A stretch of 64,000 nucleotides of DNA from Hydrogenophilales bacterium 12-61-10 (GCA_002279795.1 NCCT01000012.1:8861-72860); one strand, 5' to 3'; shown: positions 53,427 through 63,751, numbered from the stretch's first letter. Notes: generated by a model from the sequence alone, not told the origin. Numbers and translations are program-made.

Positions 53427-54020
53427 TCAGCCCCGATCGGCCCGTTCCGGTTTGGGCGTCGATCCTCCGGCGTCTGACTTCTGTTCACAGCTGACCGGAT
53501 CGCCCAGGCGGATCAGACCGCCTGACAGAACACGGGCATTCACCCCGCTATGACCGCGCATCGCGTTATAGCCCCCCTGCCCCAGCACGCTTTCCATCCG
53601 CGAACACGGCGCGCAATGACCGGTTACCTCCAGCACTACGTCGCGACCGATGCGCAACAGCAGGGACTGACCGCGAAACAAGGCCTTGGCCGCCAGCAGA
53701 TTCAAGCCCGACACCACCAGATTGCGCCGCAAAACGGCGCCATCGATGCTCGCCTGCCCCATCAGGGCCGCCACGACAGGCAGATGTTCTGACTGAATCA
53801 AGGTGACTTGGCGGGATCCCTCCGCCACCCGGCGTCCGCCGCCCCCTGCATAGTGATCGCCCTCGATGCCGCATCCGGCAAGAGCCAGCGCGTGATCCAC
53901 CGCCTGTACAGCGGAACGGCGCTGTGGCCGCAGGTAAATGGCTTCGATGCGCCCGTTGCGGGGAAAGCGGCTTGCCAGATCCCGTAAATCGCCAACGTCG
54001 GTTTGCAGAAAATCGCTCAT
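53427..54020 (-). CDS. MOSC-domain protein
   Basis: [35 protein letters not shown]. Confidence 0.85.
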   Translation of the reverse strand: MSDFLQTDVGDLRDLASRFPRNGRIEAIYLRPQRRSAVQAVDHALALAGCGIEGDHYAGGGGRRVAEGSRQVTLIQSEHLPVVAALMGQASIDGAVLRRNLVVSGLNLLAAKALFRGQSLLLRIGRDVVLEVTGHCAPCSRMESVLGQGGYNAMRGHSGVNARVLSGGLIRLGDPVSCEQKSDAGGSTPKPERADRG

Positions 54021-54028
54021 GCCAACGC

Positions 54029-55988
<1,960 letters not shown>

Positions 55989-56039
55989 GATCGTCTCATT
56001 GGACAAGGTGGTTTTATGAATCAAAAGCTTATCACCCGA

Positions 56040-56105
56040 CCCGAGATTACCGGACATGTCCGGTAATCTTTTATTCCGTCACGTGACGGCTATTTAACGT
56101 TAGGC
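56040..56105 (+). other. attI region, crossover core GTTAGGC at 56099-56105
   Basis: GTTRRRY upstream of intI and just before the first cassette; complementary to the GCCTAAC that closes cassette 1; left boundary approximate. Confidence 0.75.
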
Positions 56106-56110
56106 AAAAG

Positions 56111-56572
56111 ATGAAAATCTCAGTACCCCTCCGAGTTATGCTAGTTGTATTCACTGCGCCTTTTATTTTCTACGCAGCGTCTGCGTGGCTAAACTTGGTA
56201 TTGTTTTTTGTACAGGCGGCTCTAAGCAAATCGACTTTTCTTCTAACTCCGCCGAATATTTTTGACAAAATTCCAGGGCTGCTTTTGGTGTTGCTTGCAA
56301 CACTAGGCTTGGTTGGATATCTGCGGTGGGTTGCAACGATCTTTCCTCGCGGTTATGCGAGTCTGGCTAATCGAAAAACAGGCGTTTTATTGGCGTTAGG
56401 TCTTGTGGCGGCAGCACCCCTTATTTACGCGCTCTTGCACCTCCCACTTAACGCCAAGACGATATATGTATTTTTAGCTTATGCCGTGATACTTGCTATG
56501 ACCATTGAGGTGTTATTGCCTAACCCTGCGGTCAAGAGGGACGCCGCAAAAGCGCGGCGTCCCTTACCTTGA
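56111..56572 (+). CDS. Cassette 1: multi-TM membrane protein of unknown function
   Basis: 153 aa hydrophobic ORF; stop codon lies inside the attC. Confidence 0.7.
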   Translation: MKISVPLRVMLVVFTAPFIFYAASAWLNLVLFFVQAALSKSTFLLTPPNIFDKIPGLLLVLLATLGLVGYLRWVATIFPRGYASLANRKTGVLLALGLVAAAPLIYALLHLPLNAKTIYVFLAYAVILAMTIEVLLPNPAVKRDAAKARRPLP

Positions 56573-56581
56573 ACGTTAGGT
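56518..56581 (+). repeat. attC 1
   Basis: GCCTAAC...gggacgccgc-aaaa-gcgcggcgtccc...GTTAGGT. Confidence 0.88.
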
Positions 56582-56593
56582 TTCAAAACGCTC

Positions 56594-57010
56594 ATGGGTT
56601 CAGCTAAAAAATACGATATTGAGTTTTCTATTGTGGGCGATAATCCGTCCACTGTTAAAGTTAGTCTGAAAACTGCTAATGAAGTTTTCACTTACGCAAC
56701 AGAATCGCTAAAACCAAATTCTGTGTTACTTGTTGCATGTGTAGGCGATGGTGTCGATTACGGAAATTTTATTGTGTTTCTTAACACTGAAAATTTGGCC
56801 TTTATCCGCCTACTCGAGCATTGCGGTTTTTTTGCAAAGCAGCCACATCCAGTTTCAGTTCAAAAGCAAGTAGAGTTTGTATCTGAAGACGGCTCTTTAT
56901 TCAAAGTGCCATCTCAGGCTACAGTATCAAAAAAACAGGCGTTAGAAGCTTTGCAGTATTGGTTACCTTCGCAAAAACAAATACCAATATTTCATTGGGA
57001 GGCCGAGTGA
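56594..57010 (+). CDS. Cassette 2: hypothetical protein, resembles Imm1-type immunity proteins
   Basis: 138 aa; C-terminus TVSKKQALEALQYWL...IFHW recalls Imm1; family call from memory only. Confidence 0.55.
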   Translation: MGSAKKYDIEFSIVGDNPSTVKVSLKTANEVFTYATESLKPNSVLLVACVGDGVDYGNFIVFLNTENLAFIRLLEHCGFFAKQPHPVSVQKQVEFVSEDGSLFKVPSQATVSKKQALEALQYWLPSQKQIPIFHWEAE

Positions 57011-57011
57011 A

Positions 57012-57077
57012 ACCTAACCCGGCATTCGAGCGGGACTCGCCGAGAAGCGCGGCGAGCCCCTCAATTTTACGTTAGCG
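57012..57077 (+). repeat. attC 2
   Basis: ACCTAAC...ctcgccg...cggcgag...GTTAGCG. Confidence 0.88.
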
Positions 57078-57088
57078 CTCAAAACCCA

Positions 57089-57367
57089 ATGGAACTGCAC
57101 GAGCAATTAGAAACCGTAACCGACGCAACAACATTTCTAGCGTTCGTTCGTGCGTTCATTAAAGACCGCGAAGCGGAAGCTGGCCGCACAATCGACGATT
57201 TTGGCCGTGGGGAAAATGGCTGGGAAAATCACACTATTGAGGGGTTTCTTGAAGCTGCTCTCTCGTGGGCAGAGTCAACAAATTTAGGTGCGTCTCAAGG
57301 GCTTGTTGACGCCTCGCCGTGGAAACGATTTGCCGTATTTCTCTACTGTGGAAAAATCTACGAGTAG
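57089..57367 (+). CDS. Cassette 3: small conserved protein (DUF7660-like)
   Basis: WENHTIEGFLEA...PWKRFAVFLYCGKIYE signature. Confidence 0.65.
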   Translation: MELHEQLETVTDATTFLAFVRAFIKDREAEAGRTIDDFGRGENGWENHTIEGFLEAALSWAESTNLGASQGLVDASPWKRFAVFLYCGKIYE

Positions 57368-57373
57368 CATGAG

Positions 57374-57469
57374 CGCTAACACTACGGTCAACCTGACTGC
57401 CTGCAAGCTACGCTTGCAGGTTCCCTCCGCGCTGCGCGCTCCGGCAGCAGGTTACCTTCAACGTTAGGC
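57374..57469 (+). repeat. attC 3
   Basis: CGCTAAC...branched stem...GTTAGGC. Confidence 0.85.
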
Positions 57470-57482
57470 CCCAAGTGGAACA

Positions 57483-57902
57483 ATGAATAGCCCAACACTG
57501 AGTCTCGTTGTCCTCCGCTTCGCAGACCTCGATCTGGCTGGAAGGTTCTATGCAGCCCTCGGACTCCGCCTTACAAAGGAGAAGCATGGCTCTGGCCCGG
57601 ACCACTATTCCTGTCAGCTGGGCTCCGTTGTGCTTGAGCTTTATCCTGCAGGTAAGCTTGCTGCCGTGCCCGGTACCGCAATGTTCGGCCTCAACGTTAG
57701 CTCAATGGAGCTAACTATTCGTGCTGTCGAGGGCAATGGTGGCTCAGTCGTTCAGCCGCCCATCTCTTCTGAGCGCGGCATTCGTTCTGTAGTCTCAGAT
57801 CCCGGTGGCCACAAGCTTGAGCTGGTAGAGCCTAACAACTCGCTCAACACAGCGCCACTACGTGGCGCTAGGACTGGCCGCCTGCGGCGTCCAGCCGGTT
57901 AG
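57483..57902 (+). CDS. Cassette 4: VOC/glyoxalase family protein
   Basis: RFYAALGL, EKHGSGPDHY, VLELYP, DPGGHKLELVE; reads into the attC. Confidence 0.85.
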   Translation: MNSPTLSLVVLRFADLDLAGRFYAALGLRLTKEKHGSGPDHYSCQLGSVVLELYPAGKLAAVPGTAMFGLNVSSMELTIRAVEGNGGSVVQPPISSERGIRSVVSDPGGHKLELVEPNNSLNTAPLRGARTGRLRRPAG

Positions 57903-57916
57903 CTCAAACGTTGGGC
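57830..57916 (+). repeat. attC 4
   Basis: GCCTAAC...GTTGGGC. Confidence 0.85.
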
Positions 57917-57921
57917 CCGAT

Positions 57922-58395
57922 ATGCCGCCCTATTCTTGGAATTGTCATGCTTGCGAAAAAGCCAACTCGCCTAGCCTCGAAATTTGTCAATACTGCGGTT
58001 GCCCAGCTTTGGCATCCGCAGTCCAAGTTGGGTTCCACAAGACCGGCGTAACCATTGACCCTCTCATTGAAATAAAAACAATCGGGCGATTCCTTCTCAA
58101 GGTGCTCGTGCCCTTATTCGTAGTTTGCCTTGTATCAATTGTTTCTGCGGTGATAGCGGTTTACATTGCGGAAATGCGATGCGGCCCAGCGTCAGAACCT
58201 GGTGACTCAGGTGCGGGTGGTGCGGCGCTAGGTATGTTTGTAGGCGCTTTGGTAGTGGTACCAACGCTCATTTATTGTTCAGTCGTGGAAGTCATTGCTG
58301 CTGTAAAAACAGTGCCATACCGCTTGCATATAGTCTTGATATTTCTCCCGCTTGTTGCAGCCGCGCTGCTAATGAAAGTTGTGCCACTGTGCTAA
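57922..58395 (+). CDS. Cassette 5: zinc-ribbon plus TM protein of unknown function
   Basis: WNCHAC...CQYC N-terminus followed by three hydrophobic segments. Confidence 0.65.
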   Translation: MPPYSWNCHACEKANSPSLEICQYCGCPALASAVQVGFHKTGVTIDPLIEIKTIGRFLLKVLVPLFVVCLVSIVSAVIAVYIAEMRCGPASEPGDSGAGGAALGMFVGALVVVPTLIYCSVVEVIAAVKTVPYRLHIVLIFLPLVAAALLMKVVPLC

Positions 58396-58402
58396 AAATT
58401 CC

Positions 58403-58522
58403 GCCTAACACTACGGTCAAGCGGGACTGGCCGTCAGCGGCTTCGATTTGCTTTTTCTGTTCGCTCATATCATCTCCTTTGTGGGGTGCGTTGCGGCCAG
58501 CCCCTTACCTCCAACGTTAGAC
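58403..58522 (+). repeat. attC 5 (long)
   Basis: GCCTAAC...ctggccg...cggccag...GTTAGAC. Confidence 0.82.
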
Positions 58523-58537
58523 ATATAGGAAAGTTCT

Positions 58538-58972
58538 ATGCGTTGTAGTTGCTTATGTGATCAAGTCAAATTTGAAATTGTTGGTGATATACCAAATTTC
58601 TATCAATGCCATTGCTCGCTCTGTCGTAAGCAAGGTGGCTCTACATCTAATACTGCCACTATCATTGAAAGTAAAAAATTTCGTTGGCTTGCTGGTCAGG
58701 AAAAAATTTCATCATGGGTTAAAGACAATGGGTTTCGCTGTGATTTCTGCTCAACGTGTGGCACACCTGTTCCAAATCCTTTAGGTAACAATCTTTATTA
58801 TTGGGTGCCTGCTGGCCTATTTAGTGAAGAGGTACAATCATCAATTGTTGCCCATTTGTACGTTGGCTCGAAGGCTTCATGGGATGTTATTTCATTGCCA
58901 GGCAAGCAATATGAAACCATGCCGGAGTTGGCTGAGGTTATAAAGCTGTTGCAGTCTAGCGGCCATGTCTAA
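58538..58972 (+). CDS. Cassette 6: GFA/CENP-V family protein
   Basis: SCLC, CHCSLCRK, FCSTCGT, KASW. Confidence 0.88.
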   Translation: MRCSCLCDQVKFEIVGDIPNFYQCHCSLCRKQGGSTSNTATIIESKKFRWLAGQEKISSWVKDNGFRCDFCSTCGTPVPNPLGNNLYYWVPAGLFSEEVQSSIVAHLYVGSKASWDVISLPGKQYETMPELAEVIKLLQSSGHV

Positions 58973-59029
58973 CTTTACGTTCAAGAGGGACGCCGCAGAA
59001 GCGCGTCGCCCCTTAACTCCACGTTGGGC
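58967..59029 (+). repeat. attC 6
   Basis: GTCTAAC...GTTGGGC. Confidence 0.87.
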
Positions 59030-59065
59030 ACCACAAAACGAATCGCCACTTCACAGGAATACTGA

Positions 59066-59719
59066 ATGCACGAAGAACTAAAAAACAAGCTGATGTCACG
59101 GGCCATTGAAGTCCTTACCGAAAACTTTGGCGCACCATCGCGAGAGACCGTCAAGGTCATAGCGTGGAATGCGCGCCATGACCTTGGCGTTGTCCTCCAG
59201 ATTGACCAACCCAACCGAGAGCAAGGAGCATTCATTTGGCTTCCGTACCCTCCTGATGGGCAGCCAATTCCAGAAATCGCGCTTGAGTACCCAGGCGAAG
59301 CCGGGCGACACAGCAATACCTACCCATCACCCGGCTTGGGGCGCGGGTTCCCCGCGCTCAAGTTAGTTGTCCGAACCGAGTCTGAGCTAAACGACACCGT
59401 GTCGTTCATCAAAGCATTCCGTGATGCAATGCCACTTCCAGAAGTCAAAGCATATCCTGCGGAACCTCAATCTCCGGTCGCTGTTGATGTCGCGCGCATG
59501 CCAACAGCCAAGGAGCAGCCTCAACGTCGTGAAGCAATCCCGAGAGCTGTTCAGCGCGAGGTATGGCAGCGAGACGGCGGTCGGTGCGTAGAGTGCGGCA
59601 CAAAAGAAAAGCTGTGCTTCGATCACATCGTTCCTTTTTCGCGTGGCGGCAGCAACACAATAAGGAACCTTCAGTTGCTCTGTGAGAGTTGCAATTCCTC
59701 GAAGGGCAATCGCATCTAA
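59066..59719 (+). CDS. Cassette 7: HNH endonuclease with an unknown N-terminal domain
   Basis: VWQRDGGRCVEC...FDHIVPFSRGGSNTIRNLQLLCESCN. Confidence 0.9.
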   Translation: MHEELKNKLMSRAIEVLTENFGAPSRETVKVIAWNARHDLGVVLQIDQPNREQGAFIWLPYPPDGQPIPEIALEYPGEAGRHSNTYPSPGLGRGFPALKLVVRTESELNDTVSFIKAFRDAMPLPEVKAYPAEPQSPVAVDVARMPTAKEQPQRREAIPRAVQREVWQRDGGRCVECGTKEKLCFDHIVPFSRGGSNTIRNLQLLCESCNSSKGNRI

Positions 59720-59726
59720 CCGTGTT

Positions 59727-59813
59727 GCCCAACCCGGCGCTCAACCTCGCTCCCTTTGGTCGCTGGACGCTGCGCGATAAAGCCGCGCAGCGCCGGTTAG
59801 CTCTACGTTAGAC
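59727..59813 (+). repeat. attC 7
   Basis: GCCCAAC...cgctgcgcgataaagccgcgcagcg...GTTAGAC. Confidence 0.88.
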
Positions 59814-59831
59814 ATCACTTAAGGGAGCACC

Positions 59832-60479
59832 ATGTCCGATTCAATCCCTATCATCTTCCATGTCGTTCAAAAAGCACATCTTGTCGATCACTTCGGAGAC
59901 GAAATCGGAGGACTATTGGCCGCTGCCAGGCCTCCCATTCGAGCCGATGTTCGATCCTATGACGCTCGCTGGAAGTCCATTGCTGAGGGTGAAAGAAAGT
60001 TGGAGGCATCATCACGCGGCGGGATGATCATCTTCGCGCTTGGAAAGCTCATCGAAAAGGCGGGCATGAAGCAACTCGGGTTTCTCGCCAACCAGTCGTG
60101 CACGCACGAAATAGTTGTAAGCGCAGATTGGGGCCAAGAGATATTTCGATTCACTGTGATGACGCAACCCCTAGATAGCATCGCCAACGCCATCCGTGCA
60201 TTTTTAAGCTGGTGCAGAGACAACCCCACCCTGACCTCTGAAGAATTCTGGGGTAATTTTGGCAATGACATTGATGGCCGTGAGTTTGAAAGCGTAGCCG
60301 ATGTACTGGATAACGTCCGTCCCTCACTCGACCCCAATGAGGAAATCTGTGACAGCGACTCGTGGAATGCTGCGTTGGCCTTTTCTGTACTGAAGACCAT
60401 TATCGAGCTACTGGACTATGCATCTGCCGAGAACTACTGGGTAGTTTGTGAGCATTGGGGAGGGTTTGAATCAGCATGA
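59832..60479 (+). CDS. Cassette 8: hypothetical protein
   Basis: 215 aa ORF with GGAG RBS, fills the cassette; acidic C-terminal half. Confidence 0.7.
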   Translation: MSDSIPIIFHVVQKAHLVDHFGDEIGGLLAAARPPIRADVRSYDARWKSIAEGERKLEASSRGGMIIFALGKLIEKAGMKQLGFLANQSCTHEIVVSADWGQEIFRFTVMTQPLDSIANAIRAFLSWCRDNPTLTSEEFWGNFGNDIDGREFESVADVLDNVRPSLDPNEEICDSDSWNAALAFSVLKTIIELLDYASAENYWVVCEHWGGFESA

Positions 60480-60505
60480 ACATCAGTAGCCGGAGGCAAC
60501 GTGCT

Positions 60506-60592
60506 GTCTAACCCTGCGATCGACCTCGCTCCCTTCGGTCGCTGGACGCTGCGCGATGAAGCCGCGCAGCGCCGGTCATCTCTACGTTGGGC
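60506..60592 (+). repeat. attC 8
   Basis: GTCTAAC...GTTGGGC, same family as attC 7. Confidence 0.88.
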
Positions 60593-60607
60593 GTTACAAA
60601 CACCTAC

Positions 60608-61198
60608 ATGAATACTGCGCTGCCGTTTCCTCCCTCACCGAAGGCTCGCGCTGATCTGAAGCCCGGCACGCTATACGCTATCGACAGTGACGACTCATAT
60701 CTCTACTACGGCCAAGTTGCACCGAACAAACAAATCGGGTTCTTCAGGTTTCGGAGTCGAGAAGTCCTGATTGAGGAGGCTTTGGCGGCCGCGCTCATGT
60801 CAAGATTCGGCGTCATCTACCCCTCAATTGGTGTGGCCCTTCGGACAGGGAAGTGGCTCCATCTGGGGCGTCACGAGGTTCGGCCTGAATTGCTTGAAGA
60901 ACCTGTCTTGGTTCAGTGGCCCGTTGGTACTCTTACCGTAACCCTTTGGAAGGGCCGGAACATCCTAAGAAACACCCTAGTGCATGACCCTGAGATTCAA
61001 GACTTGGAGATCATCGCTGCCTACGACGCCACCTATCACGTTCCTCCGAGGCTACGTGCCGACTTCAGCGAAACAGCCGATGCATGGGCGGTAGGAGGCA
61101 GCATCAGGCGTGAACGGCTCAAGAAGCAGGATATGGCGGCGCGGTTTCCTCATCAGCCATGGCATCAACTGCCAACCGATTGGGTACCCGTGCAGTGA
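60608..61198 (+). CDS. Cassette 9: hypothetical protein, resembles Imm26-type immunity proteins
   Basis: LKPGTLYAI...YLYYGQV...GKWLHLG pattern; family call from memory only. Confidence 0.55.
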   Translation: MNTALPFPPSPKARADLKPGTLYAIDSDDSYLYYGQVAPNKQIGFFRFRSREVLIEEALAAALMSRFGVIYPSIGVALRTGKWLHLGRHEVRPELLEEPVLVQWPVGTLTVTLWKGRNILRNTLVHDPEIQDLEIIAAYDATYHVPPRLRADFSETADAWAVGGSIRRERLKKQDMAARFPHQPWHQLPTDWVPVQ

Positions 61199-61199
61199 C

Positions 61200-61277
61200 G
61201 CCCAACATGGCGCTCAACCTCGCTCCCTTCGGTCGCTGGACGGCGCTAACGCGCCGCCGGTTAGCTCTACGTTGGGC
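61200..61277 (+). repeat. attC 9
   Basis: GCCCAAC...GTTGGGC. Confidence 0.88.
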
Positions 61278-61285
61278 GTCTTAAG

Positions 61286-61807
61286 ATGATTCGACGCTCC
61301 TTTTTGGTTCTGCTAATTTTTCTCCTATCTGTTACGAATGGATATGGAAGAGCACCTTCGAGCTGGAAGATATCGCCAAGCGGCGTAGGCCCGGTCAAAT
61401 TTGGAATGACAGTCTCTCAAGTCCAGCGTGTCACTGGCTATCTTTTCCAGGAATCTGAAGATACTTTGGAGTGTGGCCTAGTCGGCATTGCTTCGCACAA
61501 GATGTACTCCAAGTCCGAGATGGTGGCGCTTTGGTTCTTCGTCTATGAAGGGCGAGTTGTGGGCGCTGAAGTTTGGGACTCCGCAACAAAGACGAATCGC
61601 GGCGTAGGCTATAAAGACCCAGAGTCCAAGGTATTGGCGGCACACATGGGGCAAATTGAGAAAGTAGCCAACCCCTCTCTCGATAACTATTCTGAACTTT
61701 ACATTTGGTCAAGTGATCGCTCTTCCGCCGTTCGGTTTAGGTCCAACGGAAATTACATCTATGTACTCCAAGCCGGTTTGGCACCATACATAGCTAGGTG
61801 CATGTAG
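61286..61807 (+). CDS. Cassette 10: exported protein of unknown function
   Basis: Signal peptide; ISPSGVGPVKFGMT and TNRGVG motifs. Confidence 0.7.
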   Translation: MIRRSFLVLLIFLLSVTNGYGRAPSSWKISPSGVGPVKFGMTVSQVQRVTGYLFQESEDTLECGLVGIASHKMYSKSEMVALWFFVYEGRVVGAEVWDSATKTNRGVGYKDPESKVLAAHMGQIEKVANPSLDNYSELYIWSSDRSSAVRFRSNGNYIYVLQAGLAPYIARCM

Positions 61808-61828
61808 TGCTATTCCCAGAGCCAAGAC

Positions 61829-61916
61829 GCCCAACCCTGCGGTCGACCCCGTTCGCTTCGCTCTCTGGACGCTGCGCGATAAAGCCGCGCAGCGCCGGTC
61901 ACCTTGAACGTTAGAA
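61829..61916 (+). repeat. attC 10
   Basis: GCCCAAC...GTTAGAA. Confidence 0.88.
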
Positions 61917-61924
61917 CTCAGCTC

Positions 61925-62458
61925 ATGCGCTACTTGCTGCTGGCTCTCATTGCAACATTGACGAGTACATTTGCTCACGCGGGAGGCGTGCAAATGAAAG
62001 AAATCAAATATCGTGGCGGGCTTGTCACGTTTTCGATCCCTAAGCACTGGGTCGAGGAGTACGAAACAGACGGTGGAGGCATGTTTTATGAAGACGCCCC
62101 AAATTCGGGAACACTTCGCTTAAATGTAATCACAGCAAAATCTCCAAAGCCGTTATCCGCTGATGCCGCCTATGAAGAGCTCGTCGCCATGAAAAGCATT
62201 AATGGCAAGAATGTTCAGCACCTCGCCAACGGAAATGCTTTCGCAACTGCAATTCACCACGCTACGGAGCAAGGGCAAGGAATTACGCTGTTCTGGTGGT
62301 ACGTTACTAACCCGGTTCCACCAAACCATATTCGCATGGCCAATTTCTCATACACGGTGTTAGCTACCCAGGAAAATAGCGAGCAAACACATCGCGAGGT
62401 GCAGCTACTTACCGAGTCAATTAAGAATGCAGCATTCCATCCAACCCTTGGCCAATAA
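61925..62458 (+). CDS. Cassette 11: exported protein (possibly DUF3805/PsbP-like fold)
   Basis: Signal peptide MRYLLLAL...AHA; FSIPKHWVEE...GTLRL. Confidence 0.65.
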   Translation: MRYLLLALIATLTSTFAHAGGVQMKEIKYRGGLVTFSIPKHWVEEYETDGGGMFYEDAPNSGTLRLNVITAKSPKPLSADAAYEELVAMKSINGKNVQHLANGNAFATAIHHATEQGQGITLFWWYVTNPVPPNHIRMANFSYTVLATQENSEQTHREVQLLTESIKNAAFHPTLGQ

Positions 62459-62461
62459 CCG

Positions 62462-62539
62462 TTCTAACCCTGCGCTCAACCCGGACGCCCTACATGCCGC
62501 TTCGCGTCATTCCGGGCGCCGGTTAGCTCCACGTTAGGG
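62462..62539 (+). repeat. attC 11
   Basis: TTCTAAC...GTTAGGG. Confidence 0.86.
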
Positions 62540-62546
62540 CTTCTCA

Positions 62547-62918
62547 ATGATGAACCTCTTGTACGATTCGTGGCTGTATGACTTGTGGCTAGAGTTTCCA
62601 CCTCTCTATTCTCCCGGTTTTATGACGGCCTTGGTCGTCGCAGGTTTGAGTAGCTATCTGTGCATCGCCAAGTTGAGAGTAAAAACTTGGAATTTATTTT
62701 TAATGTCACTTGCTGTTGCTCTTTGCTGTTTTATCAGCTTGTTAATTTTCGCTCTCATTGGCATCTTGGTTGTTGACACAGGCATCTTAGGTATGGCGCG
62801 AGGTTGGGCATATTTTGCCGCTGCGTATGCTGGGGGTGTCCTTTCTTTGCCGGTCTTGGCATTCCTTTTGTCCTTGGGTGCTTTCGCCCTAACAAATCAT
62901 TCAAGAGGGACGCGCTAA
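62547..62918 (+). CDS. Cassette 12: 3-TM membrane protein
   Basis: 123 aa hydrophobic ORF; stop codon inside the attC. Confidence 0.65.
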   Translation: MMNLLYDSWLYDLWLEFPPLYSPGFMTALVVAGLSSYLCIAKLRVKTWNLFLMSLAVALCCFISLLIFALIGILVVDTGILGMARGWAYFAAAYAGGVLSLPVLAFLLSLGAFALTNHSRGTR

Positions 62919-62946
62919 AGCGCGCCCCTTAATTCAAACGTTAGGT
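62887..62946 (+). repeat. attC 12 (60 bp)
   Basis: CCCTAAC...gcgc-taaa-gcgc...GTTAGGT. Confidence 0.87.
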
Positions 62947-62955
62947 ATTACACGC

Positions 62956-63240
62956 ATGACCAACGCCGTATCTGTTCTGCTGAGTGATGCCAAACAAGTA
63001 CTGGGCCGGATAGTCGAATTGGAGCATGGTGCCCATTCAGATCGTGCGGCCCAGTTGGTAAATGCATTCATCGCTGCAATTGAGAGTGAACCGAACGCAA
63101 GTGGTCTAAGCAAAGCAGCGCATGCATTAAGCTGGCATCTCGGGGATCAACTTGAACCATTGCCACAATCGCTGGAAATCTCGAAGCTACCTAGCCATGC
63201 GCGTCGTATTGCAAAGTCACTATCAGAGAGCCATACCTAA
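62956..63240 (+). CDS. Cassette 13: small helical hypothetical protein
   Basis: 94 aa ORF; its TAA stop is part of the ACCTAAC inverse core. Confidence 0.7.
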   Translation: MTNAVSVLLSDAKQVLGRIVELEHGAHSDRAAQLVNAFIAAIESEPNASGLSKAAHALSWHLGDQLEPLPQSLEISKLPSHARRIAKSLSESHT

Positions 63241-63312
63241 CATGGCGCTCAACCTCGCTCCCTCCGGTCGCTGGACGGCGCTAAAGCGCCGCCGGTTAGC
63301 TCTACGTTAGAA
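63235..63312 (+). repeat. attC 13
   Basis: ACCTAAC...GTTAGAA, near-identical to attC 9. Confidence 0.88.
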
Positions 63313-63345
63313 CTTATGCAATCGGAACGTACATCGGAACGTACA

Positions 63346-63647
63346 ATGTTTGAAAACAAAAAAATTGTGATCGTGGGTGGTAGCTCCGGTATTGGTTATG
63401 CAGTAGCTAAAAAGGCCATGAATGCTGGTGCTCAAGTCGTTATCGCTTCTCGCTCCAATGAAAAGCTCAATGCCGCAGCAAAACAACTTGATGAGCGCGT
63501 CCAAACAGAAGTGGTTGATGCCTCTGATGACCAATCCGTCGCAGATTTTTTTCGGCGTGTCGGTCACTTCGACCATTTGGCGGTAACAATTAAACCGCAG
63601 TTACCATCTGGACGATTTTTAGAAAACGAAGTTGGCGCGACCATTAC
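63346..63647 (+). pseudogene. Cassette 14: SDR oxidoreductase, truncated
   Basis: KKIVIVGGSSGIG Rossmann motif; similarity ends at about 100 aa, before any YxxxK; no closing attC. Confidence 0.8.
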
Positions 63648-63697
63648 TGAACCGCCCCGGGTTTTGTGGAGGCTTCAACTCTTGAGAAGACGGAGCC
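63648..63697 (+). mobile_element. Isolated IS3-family (IS51/IS629-like) terminal inverted repeat
   Basis: TGAACCGCCCCGGGttttgtggaggct resembles IS629-type ends; no transposase follows. Confidence 0.7.
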
Positions 63698-63751
63698 ACT
63701 TTTTTCTTCAAAAAAACCAGCGATCGTTACACGTGCGTGTATCGCCAACCT

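Noticed and set aside
56518-63312. Recurrent palindromic repeats as a CRISPR array or REP elements
   Set aside because: They are separated by whole ORFs, vary in length, have AAC/GTT cores and lie beside intI, so they are attC sites; no cas genes are present
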